A DNA stretch of 32,000 nt from the NCBI RefSeq assembly GCF_000400465.1, contig NW_008806290.1:210001-242000 (forward strand). The letters are read 5' to 3'. Shown one piece after another: positions 11,739 to 23,707 of the stretch. The position numbers and the translations under genes were made by a program. How positions within the stretch are numbered: the stretch's first letter is position 1; the number at the start of each line of letters is the position of its first letter. Under the pieces are notes generated by a model. It searched no databases and had not been told where the DNA came from. It was given only the letters and a program-made list of their open reading frames with translations. Source of the DNA: Wallemia ichthyophaga EXF-994. Its lineage: Eukaryota; Fungi; Basidiomycota.

Positions 11739-11777
11739 TTCAAAAGTTAAGGTTGTTATTCAAGTAGATCACACCCC

Positions 11778-11784
11778 TTTTATA
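11778..11784 (-). promoter_or_regulatory. TATA box of the small acidic-protein gene
   Basis: GGGTATAAAAGGG on the minus strand, 40 nt upstream of the first (1-nt coding) exon position. Confidence 0.55.
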
Positions 11785-12018
11785 CCCTTCATTTAATAGC
11801 GTCATTGTTTCGGTGGCTGTGGTGCCTTGACATAATACTGCCGAATTTGGTAATCTAATGCGCTATCCATTGGAGTGGCGTGTGAAATAATAGACTAGTC
11901 ATGTACTAAAAATGTACAAATGGTGATATGTAAAAAGATATATTGTTCTGAGTTTATTTGTGAAAATGCTATTACGAATGCTGAAACAGTTTGCTGAAAT
12001 GTGATCCATATTACTATG

Positions 12019-15000
12019 CTACTCAAACGACTTCAAATACTCTATCCACCGTTTCCTATAGACGACTCCTTGGACTAATGATGTGGTGATTAGCTTTTGC
12101 ACCCTCACAACGCACCTCACTTACATCCACCAACTGAATCAACCACAAACACCTGCCTTGCTCCCAGCTTTGAGAAGTTGTCGTGCACAAGAGCCATTGG
12201 TGCTTCTGGTCTGACTACTAAAGGACTGAGATCACAGTACGCCGATAAGTCGTACGGGTTTGCAGATAGTGGTGCACCATCACACACAACAGTCGAAAAC
12301 CTCTTAGGAGGATTCCTATTGTTGTTCGATTTACTCGTTGATTGAGTAAGTATGCTGTTCTGTAACGTGTCAAATTGTGCGAATCTCACGCCTGCTGTTG
12401 GATTGTGCGAGAGTGAATCTAGAGCGTGCTCTAATTCATTCGCTGCTATATATCCAACCAGTCTTACCACCCCTTCGTCTTCAATTATCAACGGAAATCC
12501 TGAGTCAGATAATCCTTTCAAGACCAGGGTATCCAGTTTATCCAGTAACGTACACACTGAATGCTCAACGTCTATCCTTATCACTGGTATCTTCTTTGTT
12601 GCGACGTCCGTGACTGAATCTTTGCCAAACTTGTATTCATGCTTTGCATCCAAATACGGAAGCCTGTTCATGTCAATTAACTGGTCGTATATGCCTTTTT
12701 GCTCAATAGTATCTGCTAACGTCTTGGCTATCAGAATTGATAGCATCGATGGCTGTTCGAATATCAGCAAGACTAGCAGCAACAGTAACAAACCCAACCC
12801 ACCACGGCATAATTTAGCGTACCCGTCAGCTCACAAACTATGACAACAAGTGATATTGTCATCCTCGTGACACCAGATAAGGCGGAAGCTGCACCGATCA
12901 ACGCGTAGATAGCCGTCAACATGCACTTCTCTTGGCCTACGCACTGATTGAATATTGCCAAGTCAGGCATCACTTTCGACCAGTATTCGACAACTAATCC
13001 AACCATACGTCCGAAACAAGCACCGACAGCTAGTGTAGGTATGAATATCCCTGCTGGTAACTTCATTCCAAATGTGACTACAGTCAGCACACCTTTAATA
13101 ATCATAGCTAGTGAGATCGTCTTGAGTATACTCCAAGGTGCCTGTCCTTCTTTTGCACAGAGTGTCGCAAATATACCTTTGAGTTTCTTACCAGACGTTT
13201 TGGATGGGCATTCACTTAACAACGTTGAGACTAATTCTGTACCTCCCATCTCAGTTAGTGGGTTGTATGATGATATGACAGCTGTGATCAAGGTAATAAG
13301 AACAACTTCGACAATTGGATGTGACTTGACTGCCGTCCTCATTCTAACGTTTTTTCCCCACCAAATGTTAAACTTTGAGAAATATGCACCGTAGATACCC
13401 CCTGCTATCGCTATAACAAAGAAGAAAGGCAATTCAAAGAACTTCCAATCCTGATCGTAAGTGACTTGAAACAAAACAGTCTTGCCCGTTCCGAAAGGAT
13501 CCAAGAACTTCAAAGTAACTGCTGCTAAACTGGCGCAATAGAAAGCTCTCCACATAACTTTCGGTGGGAAATAAGTGCAGACTTCTTCCAACGCGAATAA
13601 AACTCCACCGATAGGTGCACCAAACGCAACACTCACACCTGCAGCACAAGCGGCCGAAATAAGCTCTCTTCTTTTAGCTTCATTTGTTTCAAATTTACGT
13701 ATGAATCTTGAAGTTATGTTTCCAACACAAGCGGCTATCTGAACCATGGGACCTTCTTTTCCTAAATTCAACCCAGATGCTACACTGAAAGCTAACCCGA
13801 TACATTTGCAGAATAGCGTGCAAACTCCCAAATACCCTCTTATCACAAAGCCGGATAGGATTGCTTTCATCTCTGGTATACCGCTTCCAGCAGCGAAGTA
13901 CATAACTGGATAAGCTTGTACATCGCCTGATTGAGATTTCTCAGCTGTAGGTTTTGATTGTAGGTTATTTGTATCATACTGAGCACCACCCGGGTCGCTG
14001 TGTGCGAGCAATTCTTCCTCAAGGTCGCTCGAAGAAGACTCATTACCCCCATCGCTGCTTGACTTTCTTGAAATCGAGCGTGAATGTAATGAAGCTGTCT
14101 TATTTGCGTCATTACTGTAGAGATAATTGCTGATGGAGTCCCTGTGAGAACTTAAAGAAGGTTGCGGTACAATTGAGGCAGGAGAAGGGGTAGAAGTTGA
14201 TTGCCTGCGTCCAGAAGCGGCGTGATGATATGCGTCTAGGTGTGCCGTGCTCGAATTGTTCACCCAAGGAGCATCGGATGCAGAAATGTAGACGGTGATG
14301 ACGGATGATATAAAAGCAAATCCGACAGCTAGTGTCATATTAGCCAATCTTGCCGAGCGCTTTCCAAGTTTTTCCTCCCAACTTATCCAGTCTGGACAAT
14401 CTGTCGACGTTGAGAAGAGTGAGATAACGTTGTTGTCTTGGTTTATAGTATAGTTGTTATCGCAGCAGAACTGCTTGGATTGGAGGTAAGATGATGAGCA
14501 ATAGCCTGATTTAAAGCTGAACAGGAATGATTCCGTGCGTACTATTGAAAAAGCGATAATCTGTAGTGATGTCAGGTGATACCAGATGACGTCAGGGATG
14601 TTGAGATATGAAAACAATGATACGCACGGCTGTAACTATTCCTATTATAGTAACAGCAATCCAGCCTGTAAAAAAGGATGTGTGAGTAGTTGAGATAGAA
14701 ATATCAAACCAAACAAACCCTGTGCTCTATCGAAAGACTTGTAAATGAATCCACGGATACCTTTCTTTCTAAGCAAGCGCCTAAGCCTTACGCCCTCCTT
14801 AACCTGTCCAATTTCAGCTGAAAATATCCAGAAAAACACAGCAAATCACCTTATCGTGGATGTAATCAATTGAAGTGTGAGTGTGAGCGTATGTGCGAAC
14901 ACCTTTGCCAGATTCGACCATATCATTCTCGTAAAAGTCATCGTATCCGCGCTTGTATTTGTTGGCTTGTCTGCTAATAGCTTTACCGAGGGTTTTTGAA

Positions 15001-15212
15001 CCAAGGTAACTAGGAGCAGGGCTAGGAGGGTTAAGTAGTGGAGTGCGTTCACCCAGGCTGTGTCCAGGGAAAGGAGTTCTTGGGAATAGAGCTCGGGTAT
15101 TTGAAGTGCTACTCAAGTTATTCGAGTTGCTCATGTTTTCTGAAGGTAATGGTGGTAAAGTCACACGCGGATTCTTAACCGTGTCGCTGCCGCTAGCGTT
15201 GTTCGGCTGCAT
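12019..15212 (-). CDS. CLC-family chloride/proton exchanger (Gef1/ClC-3-like) with C-terminal CBS domains, ~975 aa, 6 exons: 15212-14850, 14803-14719, 14665-14628, 14560-12803, 12752-12125, 12074-12019
   Basis: GSGIPE, GKEGP (gating Glu), GVLFALEE (proton Glu), GIFIP and KGIYD motifs. Five GT-AG introns of 46-67 nt join into one frame of 2928 nt. Confidence 0.93.
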
Positions 15213-15417
15213 TCTCCTCTCAAACAGAGTTGGTTTGGTGGAGTTGATGGTGACCCTTCTGGAATGAAATTAGCCACGATATTAGCGGGATATCAAGTAT
15301 CCTAATCAATCGCACAAACTTTCTATTCATTTGAGATTATCGTCGTCATCCTCAGAGCCATATATACACTCGGATAAAAAGGTATCGGTATCTTCATATT
15401 TACATTCTACAAGGAAA

Positions 15418-18400
15418 TCACTTAAGTAGCTTATTCAATGCCTTCTCCACGTTAAAGCCCGTCTGCTCAAGTGCTTCAATGGCTTGTGGTCTATCAAAAC
15501 CCATATTGACCAACTGCTTTACCTGCTTTATATCATCATCCTCTGGTTCATTAAGGCGCGGCGGCAGATTTGGCTTGGCTGTGTTTTCTGCCTGCTCACT
15601 GCCTGGTGATTTGACGCTAAATGTCTCGCTAAAATCTACCAATGACGTCAGTCAATAGCTCAATAATAATTAACTAAACACACCATCGAATGCTTTATTT
15701 GGAGCTGCCTTGTTAGATGTACCAGGTTGATCGAAATCAGCGACGAAATCAAAGGCCTCATCATTCTCAAAGTCATTCTGATCCCCATTAACGTTACCAG
15801 CCGCAATTTGAGCAGCAGGTAGATCACCAAATGAAGTATCAAACTCATCTTCATCTTTATCATCTTTCTCATTCTTATCAAATGCCCCACTTCCCATCAT
15901 AGCTTCAAATGGATTTTTGTTGCTTGATTCTTTCTGTGCAGATGCAGATGTATCCGTTGGGAATGACGCGAAAGCATCATCGAATTCATCTTTGTTAGGA
16001 TTGAGATTAGGTGGTTGTGCTGACAACTCTGGTAATTCCTCTGGTCCCTCATCGTCATCACTTGAGACATCACCACGTTCCTTTCCTTTAGAGTGAGTGG
16101 TTGTGGTTGTGGTTGTAGGAGGTGGTGTGAAGCTGTCAAATGGTGATGAGACATCGTGCTTCTCAGCAGCAGGTGGTGGTACAATCTCAGCTGTTGACGC
16201 TGTTGGTGTGAAGCTATCAAATGGCGATGAGTCTGTAGCAGATGAATGCCCATACGCTCCCGTCGACGCAGCCGGTGCAAAGCTCTCATCGAAAGCTGCT
16301 CTAGAGTTGTCCATATTCGCCTTGTCTGACTTGCTATTGCTATCGAATCCCCTAAAAGCATCATCGAAATCAGAAACGGACACAGGTGCAGATTCATTTA
16401 CGTTTATCTTGTCGCTTGCCTTCAAATTAGCATCATCATTAGCGTCCTCTGATTTGACTACTCTGGGCTCGTTTTCACCTTCTTCCACACCCATCTTGCT
16501 GAATTGATCTTGGAAAGGTGTCAAAGCAATTCCAGTGCCTTTGTTAGACTCAGACTCCACCTCAGCGGCAGCGTTCATGTCAGTCAAATGACTATCGCGA
16601 GTATCATTAGCATCATGAGCACCGTCATACTCATCGTGGCCACCTGCTCCAGCGAACGGATCCTCATCTACCAATTCATCATCTTGAGCGCGTGTACCTT
16701 TGAATGCCTCCTCGTCTTTTATCGCGGTAGTCGCAGAAGCTGAGGGAGTGAGGCTATCGAATGGGTTTGTTGATTTGGCTGATGCAGGGCTCAAGACGCT
16801 TGAGACGTCTTGGTGTTCATGATGAGCTTCGCTGTCTGGACTGATTGGGAGGGCGGTTGCAGCAGCCATATCAAGCGCCGGCGAGAGATTCTTGTCGTCT
16901 AGATTTTCTGCAGTTGACGTTGCATCTGTTGTATCTTTTACGTTTGCTGCGGTTGTTATATCGGACCTATCAGTTGCATCTGCTGCATGCTCATCCATAG
17001 CCACTGGGGTGTCCAAATCCTCAGCCTTAACGCTTGGATGAACTCTAGAGTCTTCAATCCCCTTGAGCGTGTCATCCAACTCCTCATCACCAGGCGGAGG
17101 GAGAGCGACAGCCGGATCGACATTACTATACCTCTTGAGCTCATCTGCAGCCAAATCCCTATCACTTTCTGCCAATCTAAGCTGCTCCACTGCATCCTCA
17201 TTCTCGCCATGAGCCACCACCTTCGTCTCTCTCAACTCGGACAAGCTCTGACGCATATCAGTCGTATGTTTACTAATCTCCAACACCTTGGCTTTGACCA
17301 CTCTAGCCTCCTCCTTCTCGCGCATGTAAGCCGTCTCAAGTTCAGCTCTCTCGACTTTCAGTGCGGAAACGTCACTCTCTGCGCTGATGAGCTCATGGTC
17401 GAGGCGGCGGCGCTCGGCGGTAACTTCCGTCAGCTTAACCTGTAGGTCACTGACGAGGTGCGCTTCTGTGTCGTGCGCTTTATGCGCGTTGCTCAGTCGA
17501 TGCTCTAGATTAAGGCGCTCTGCATCTCCCGCCTCCACAAGCCGCTCTAGCTCCGCACGTCGTGTTTGGTAGTCGGACAACGCGCGGTCCGTCGCGGATA
17601 GCTGCCCTCGCGCTGCTTCAGCCGCCACTGCGTCCTCGTGTAGCTTTGTCTGCTGTACATCGGAGTCGCCGAGGAGATCGTCAACGAGTGCTGTGCGTGG
17701 CTGCGCGTGTTCGCTGGGGTTTTCGAAAGGTGATCTGGCTTGTGATTGTGGTTGTGGGGTTGATTGTGGTTGTTGTTGTTGTGGCTGTGGCTGCTGCTGC
17801 TGCTGTTGTGCAGGCGAATTCTGCCAGCCAGTCACACCCTGTTGCAATGCATTTGGCTGCGAACCGCTAAACTGCGCAGAAAGACCAGTAGACTGCGCCG
17901 ACAAGCCTGTACCCTGAGCAGACAAGCCTGTACCCTGAGCAGACAAGCCTGTGGGCTGGGTCGAGAGAGGAGGAGGAGCGCCGCTATGCTGAGGCTGCAA
18001 ATCAGACTCATCGCCCATGAGATCAAAAAGGTCGTCTGTAGGTTTGCGTGGAGTTGTAGAAGCATTAGCAGCAGTACCTGGCATTCGCGACGATGCAGGT
18101 ATTAATGAATCGGGTAAGGTGGGAGGGAGTGGATTGCCAGCGAGGCAGCGGTGGATGAGATGCATAGCAATTGCAAATTCGTCCTTGGAGAGACTGCCGG
18201 ACTTTCTGACATCCGCTAAATCCCACACATTCGCTAAGACGTCTATGGGGAGACCTGATTTACTGAAAAAGTCGACAGCTTTGTCAGCTTCCAAGACGCC
18301 GTTTCCGGAGGGGTTGAGGGATTTGTAGAAACCGTCGTAGTTGCTCTTTTCTTGAGGGGATATTTCTGTGTTGAGTGGAGTGTGTGGAGTGTGTGGAGTG

Positions 18401-19248
18401 TTTGCTGGAGTATTTTGCGTAGGTAACTGAGGTGAGTCGGTGTCACCGACAGCAGCAAATCTAACCTGACGACTTGGTGGAGGAGAACCAGGCTGAGTGC
18501 TGCCAGTTGATTGTCTCGGAATTGGAGAAGATAAGTTTCTACCCCCAGAAATCTGCTCGTAAAAGCCTTGTGGGAGTGTTTGAGGGAGACTTGCGATGGA
18601 TTTGTTCATATAACACTGAATCAAGTGCATACCAATAATGAAATCAGTCAAATCAAGTGAACCGCGATTTTGAGTGTCAGCGAGGTTCCAAATCTGGCCA
18701 AGAACCTCAAAAGGCAGTTTGCTCTTTATGAAGATATCTCTTGCCTTATCGCCGCTGAGGAGACCGTTTGTTGGACCAGAACCAGCGAATATCTTGGTAA
18801 AGCGAGATTTTTCATCGATTTGAACTGGAGGAGGTGAGTTGGAGGGGTTTGAGTGTGCAATAGGGGAAGAAACAGGTGATGAGATTGCAGGCGGAGGAGG
18901 AATACCATCGAATTGAGGAATAGGCCCAGCTGTGAGGGGAGTGAGTGGGTGTATCTACCACCAAAAACCACCAAACACACGCTTATCAACGAGATCATCG
19001 CTAACAGGCTGATTGTTCTGTACATGGCCAATCAGCCTCAAAGCCACGCTGAATCCAGGCTGATCGAGGAACCCGTTGTTGTTTCTATCTGAAAGTTGCC
19101 AGATTTGGCCCAGTTGTAAAGGGGCAAGACCAGAGTAGCTGAAGAACGCCACTGCTGATTCCCCAGATACGATCCCATTTCCCTTCTCTGCGATGGAGTA
19201 GAAGTGTGCAAACGCATGCCTCTCTGATGGCGTCAGAGATAAGTTCAT
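15418..19248 (-). CDS. EDE1: Ede1/Eps15-like endocytic adaptor (3 EH domains, coiled coil, NPF/DPF region, C-terminal UBA), ~1243 aa. Exons 19248-18981, 18929-15684, 15635-15418
   Basis: EH motifs LGQIWQLSD..NNGFLD, LGQIWNLADTQNRGSLD and LANVWDLADVRKSGSLSKDEF; UBA QLVNMGFDRPQAIEAL. Introns 18980-18930 and 15683-15636 (both GTGTGT..AG). Confidence 0.92.
17739..17808 (-). repeat. CAG/CAA-rich coding microsatellite (polyQ/QP tract) in EDE1
   Basis: Plus strand ...GTTGTTGTTGTTGTGGCTGTGGCTGCTGCTGCTGCTGTTG encodes QQQQQQPQPQQQQPQ. Confidence 0.8.
17863..17967 (-). repeat. 21-nt coding minisatellite, 5 units (LSTQPTG-LSAQGTG-LSAQGTG-LSAQSTG-LSAQFSG)
   Basis: ACAGGCTTGTCTGCTCAGGGT occurs twice exactly, with degenerate flanking units. 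Confidence 0.9.
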
Positions 19249-19348
19249 TGAATTTTTATTTAATTTAATTTAATTAATTTTATTTCTTGTCTTGGTGGTT
19301 ACGTTACAACAGATCTCCCGCTTAGTCCATGCCCACGTGATTTGAGCG

Positions 19349-19644
19349 ATGGCCCCACTCACGCTCACCAAAGCACTAAAAGACAAAAAACCAAAATCCC
19401 AAATCCACAAGCACTGCGATAAACTCTCTTACATCGCCCTATTATCCTTCTTGCAGCGCACTGCTATGGAGACTAGAATCGTTTCCCAAGAAATCCACGG
19501 CCACGACAACAACAGGCTAATGACACGCAGGGAAGTTGGGAGAGCAGGCAGAGTGAGTTCCGTGTTTTCTTGCCTAGTTCCCCTCCAACTAACCCATACA
19601 AGCGCGTTTTGAGACGCGTAAATGGAAATCAAGAACAGCCATAA
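19349..19644 (+). CDS. CENP-W (Wip1)-like histone-fold kinetochore protein, 81 aa. Exons 19349-19552, 19603-19644
   Basis: Intron 19553-19602 (GTGAGT, CTAAC branch, AAG). The spliced product LTKALKDKKPKSQIHKHCDKLSYIALLSFLQRTAMETR...REVGRAGRRVLRRVNG follows the CENP-W pattern as recalled (K-K-P..D.L.....L.F..R.A.E.R....VL++..G). Confidence 0.72.
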
Positions 19645-19685
19645 AATGAATAAATAATGTAAATCCATGTAATTTATATAGGGTC

Positions 19686-22462
19686 TCATTTCCCTGCCAT
19701 CTTCTTGAACTTGGCCTTGGCTTTCTGTTCACTCTTCTCTTCTGCCCTCTCATCACCCAATTGATCCACTTTCTTACGCATTTTATCCTCATATTTATCC
19801 AGCTCCTCTCTGCGTTCCTTCTGCTTATGCCCTGCGATGAACTTGGCATCTTTACGCAACTCCCGTATAGCTCCCTTTCTCTCCGCCTTAACCTCTGCCT
19901 TGAGTTTCGATGTTGCGGCTCGATCGTGATCTGGATCGTATCTCCTATCTGCGTTATAGTTCTCTTCAAACTTAGGTACGAGCGAGTTGATAGCGATTTG
20001 TTTGTGTTGCTGCATTCTCAATGGTCTGCGCGATTGTTTCGCAAATTTTACCTGATTGCCAAGCTGTTGTAGGGTGTTTTCTGTCTTATTCTGAGGGTAT
20101 GTGAGCCTAACACTGACAATTCACTACCACTTTAACTCACTTTCACGCTTCCCAACATTCCCCTCTTCTCGACCATCCTCAAACTCCCAACGAGTGGATC
20201 AAACGCTTCGATGAATCCATCAAGCGCACTCCACATTTGCGCTGCTTCGCGGGAAATCGTGAGTATCCTATCCATCACGTCTACCTTGGCTTGTTGTTGG
20301 TCAGACTGTGAATTTGATTCGCTTTGAGTGAGCATGTCTCTGAGGTTCGTATCACTTGGCGTAACAACCGGGTTATTCATCGCCACTCCCCGCAATCGCC
20401 CTACATCAGGAACTGGATGCTGTCCCGGAACATTCATTTCCCTGCCAACTCCACCCAGAATAAGCACACTGCTAATCAGAAAGTTTACTACTTCCGGTAT
20501 GAATCTCTTTGAGTAATGTTCATACTGCAAAGAAATGCCGCAAAGTACCAAACCTTTGATTATATCACTCAAACTCCTTATGCGCGCCTGTGAGAGGTAT
20601 TGTCCGATAAGCAGTTGTGCTGCAGATCCTACAGGATGACTGTAGTCGGAAGTTGACCACACAACACCAACTACCCTAAGTATACTCAGTTCAGGTATCC
20701 CTGGCCACGTTTTGCTCTTATCGTTCGTCGCGCCGGCTGAGACACCCTTGTTGAAATTCCGCTCAAGTAGCTCGAGCTTCTGTTTGAATATATCGGCTGA
20801 TGGGATTGGCAGTAGTTTTGTGAGCTGCTCAATATGACGAGAAATGGTCTCCATTATCTTCATGTCGACACTCGTTGACGCTGTGTATAGGAGGTGGTCG
20901 AGTAGAACGCCATTAAAGAGCGCCAACTTTGCTTTGTTTTCTTCACCTAATTCGGGGTGATAGAGTGTGCGTATTCTCTCAATCATTATTGGGATTTGAG
21001 AAGGCTGGATGTTGTTAGATTCAACAATGTCCATGAATTCATCGTGATTCGATGGGCATTCAAAGGTGTATGGGAGGTTTGAGGAGGTATTTGAGGGTGT
21101 TTTTGATGACTTTTTCTTGCTACTAACTAGGTTCTCTACTGGTGCATCATTTTTCTGTGGCATATCACCGAGTTCGCCTTCATTTGATTCAGCGATGCTA
21201 TCTTCAGAGTCGTCAGAGTCACCGTCTTGGTAATTCTCCCCCTCCTCATTGACATCCTCATGATCCTCATCATCACTTTGCTCACTATCATCACCACCAA
21301 GACCCTTACCAATACCATAAGACTCGGCATTTTCCACTTGTTCATCATCTGAGGGGTTTTCATCGTCATGACTTTCATTCTCAGCCTCCTCTTCTTCTTC
21401 ACGAGCACGTTGTCTTTTCGCAGCAAAACCACCGGTGGGATTGGTAACTTGAGAGTCATCCTCGCCTCTCATTCTAAGCAATCTTGCCTTCTCATTCTTT
21501 TCAAGTTCTTCTCTAGCTTCGAAAGCCACTTCAGCGTCAGATTTGAGTCGATCGGTAGGTTTTGCGCGTCTATCGAAGGCCAATTGTCTAACGAATTGGT
21601 CGTAATCTTCGTTACCGCTCTTGTCTCCTTTGTAAGGGGCATTCCTTTCTCTATTCTTTCTCTCCTTCTCCTTGTCATTTTCTGCTGTACCATCAAAAAG
21701 CAGCCCTTTAATATCATCAAGATCAGCATCAACTTGTTCTCTAAGCGCATCGTCATCTTCACGCTGCTGCTGTCTTTCCATTTTGTGTGCTTTAGATTTA
21801 GTGATGAGTTCCTCCATGACCTCTGCCTTAGTTTTGCGTCGAGGGGGTGCATCTGGGTGAGAGTAATCGATGGGTTCTTCCTCCTCGCCGTCACCAAAGC
21901 CGCCGAAAGCGTCAAAACGAGTACTCTCGGCGGGGTCGTCATCATCGGCCAGACCAGCATTAGCAAAGTCATCGTTAAGAGCGAGGCTCTGGCCGTAATG
22001 AGTCAATTCATCATTATCTTCGAGATTGTAGTCGGCGTTGTTTCGAGTACGTTTGCCAGTATTGGCCTTCTCGGCCTGGTATCGCTCGAGCATCCTATCC
22101 TCCTCGTCGAGAGTTGGGTCCTGCTCGCCAAACCTCCTGTCTTTGAATTGGCCTGTTCTGTTTCGGTTCTGGAGTGCAGGCAGCAGTGCTTCTTTACGAC
22201 TGTCTATACCGGCTTGCTTGGCTTTGGCGGGTGCACCGAGGCTGCCAATAACTTTTCTACCGCCCACATTATGCTTGAGGCGCTGCACTTGAGTATCGAA
22301 CTTGTTAAATTTTGAGTGTATATCGCTGCTGACCTTCTTCTTCTTTTCTTTGTCGGAAGGAGTGGTGGATGTGCCTTCGAACTTTCTCTTGTTTGGCTGC
22401 TGGTGTTTATTTATCCCTGCATTCTGCACTGTTTGCTGGAGTTGCTTCAGTTGTGAAGGCAT
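19686..22462 (-). CDS. NOP14: Nucleolar 40S biogenesis factor Nop14, ~908 aa. Exons 22462-20141, 20090-19686
   Basis: F.DRRFGE.DPTL, LTHYGQSL, K.K.EVMEELI.KSK.HK.ERQ, LYHPEL..ENK.KL and C-terminal KAERKGAIRELRKDAKF motifs. Intron 20140-20091 (GTGAGT..CAG). Confidence 0.95.
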
Positions 22463-22525
22463 TCGTGGGAGAAACGGAGAGAGAAGGCATAAAGATATTA
22501 ATGATATAAATACACAAGGACACTT

Positions 22526-23671
22526 CTAATCCTCCTCATCAGATTCTACACGCTTCTTATAAACCTTCTTCTCCTGCTCGATGCGGTTTTCTGCGTCTTC
22601 AAGTGAGTCAAGCGAGTGTTGACCGTCGTCGTCTTCTTCGTCGTCAATTCCTTCTTCCATAGCGCCGTCCTCTTCATCCTCCACGACGAATCCATCATCT
22701 TGGTCTTTTTCGTAGGTTCCTCGTGCACCTATACGCCTCGAGGCAGCTGCCCTACTAAGATCATCATCATCACTACTCCAATCGAGGTTGTGTCCAGAAG
22801 CAATGGCTTCCTTCTTCGCGGCAGCTCTCTCCATTTTAGCTTTGTTACGCGCAGATTTCTTATCATCTTCCATCTTTTTAAGGAGTTCCTTGTGTGGATC
22901 CTTGGATTCTGTTTCTTTATCGACCATTTTCATCTTTGCAGCCTTAAAGTGCTTGTCATTGACAGTCGACGCGTACTTCTTGTGTACATTTGAAGCCAGT
23001 GAAGGTGGTACAAAATTGAGCTGGGTGTCAATCACGCTATCGCCCATAACGACCTGATTCTTTTCGTGATGCAAGAAAGCGAATTGACGGGGATTTGTAC
23101 GAGTTTCAGTGTCCGCGTCATGATTGAGGTTTATATCATACATCTCTTTTCCCACTTGCAAGCTCAAGCTGCCGTCAGACCAGCGAATGAATCTGCTGTT
23201 GGATTGTGCAATTGTGTGGCCATCCTCATCTTGATTCCACCTCCATCTGATAGTATTTGAAGTATTGGCGTTTGAAGGTAGATTCTTATCATCATCTTCA
23301 AACGTCTGCCTATCAAAACCAGCAGATTGTATGTTTAAAAAGTTTGGGATTCTGGCAAGTGAATTGTAGGTGGATGTGCGTATAGGTGGGAGATTGTTTA
23401 TATCCATCGTAGCTGTCCTGACTTGCTCAAGGATAACGCCATCATTAGGCATATCCTCTTCATTGTATTCCAAGGGGTTATTGGTAGGTTGTGTGTGAGC
23501 TTCATCCGTGTCATTGTTCTTGTCGTCATTCTTGTCGTCGTTGTCGTCGTTGTCGTCATTAAAACCATTAAATTGATTCAAAACCCCAGAATTTCCGTGA
23601 TTATCGACATTCTCACCACTCACACCACCTTCTCCAAATAAATCGTCCATCAAATCATCGTTATCAGACAT
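22526..23671 (-). CDS. LEO1: Paf1 complex subunit Leo1, 381 aa, intronless
   Basis: [42 protein letters not shown] Leo1 core; acidic termini. First ATG at 23671 (the track start 23677 is a GTG). Confidence 0.92.
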   Translation of the reverse strand: MSDNDDLMDDLFGEGGVSGENVDNHGNSGVLNQFNGFNDDNDDNDDKNDDKNNDTDEAHTQPTNNPLEYNEEDMPNDGVILEQVRTATMDINNLPPIRTSTYNSLARIPNFLNIQSAGFDRQTFEDDDKNLPSNANTSNTIRWRWNQDEDGHTIAQSNSRFIRWSDGSLSLQVGKEMYDINLNHDADTETRTNPRQFAFLHHEKNQVVMGDSVIDTQLNFVPPSLASNVHKKYASTVNDKHFKAAKMKMVDKETESKDPHKELLKKMEDDKKSARNKAKMERAAAKKEAIASGHNLDWSSDDDDLSRAAASRRIGARGTYEKDQDDGFVVEDEEDGAMEEGIDDEEDDDGQHSLDSLEDAENRIEQEKKVYKKRVESDEED

Positions 23672-23707
23672 ATTCACCGGCTGTTGGTCGTTTCAATCCA
23701 ACCAATC
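23672..23707. promoter_or_regulatory. 36-nt spacer between divergent LEO1 and RPD3 start codons
   Basis: Measured directly between the two ATGs; promoter function is inferred. Confidence 0.6.

Noticed and set aside
19334-19341. ATCACGTG (Cbf1/CDEI-like) upstream of the CENP-W-like gene, with an AT-rich tract nearby
   Set aside because: A degenerate 8-mer is expected a few times by chance in 32 kb, the AT tract is short, and point centromeres are not expected in this lineage.
21368-22315. 315-aa antisense ORF over NOP14
   Set aside because: Antisense shadow of an acidic/basic low-complexity coding region; no independent domain signal.
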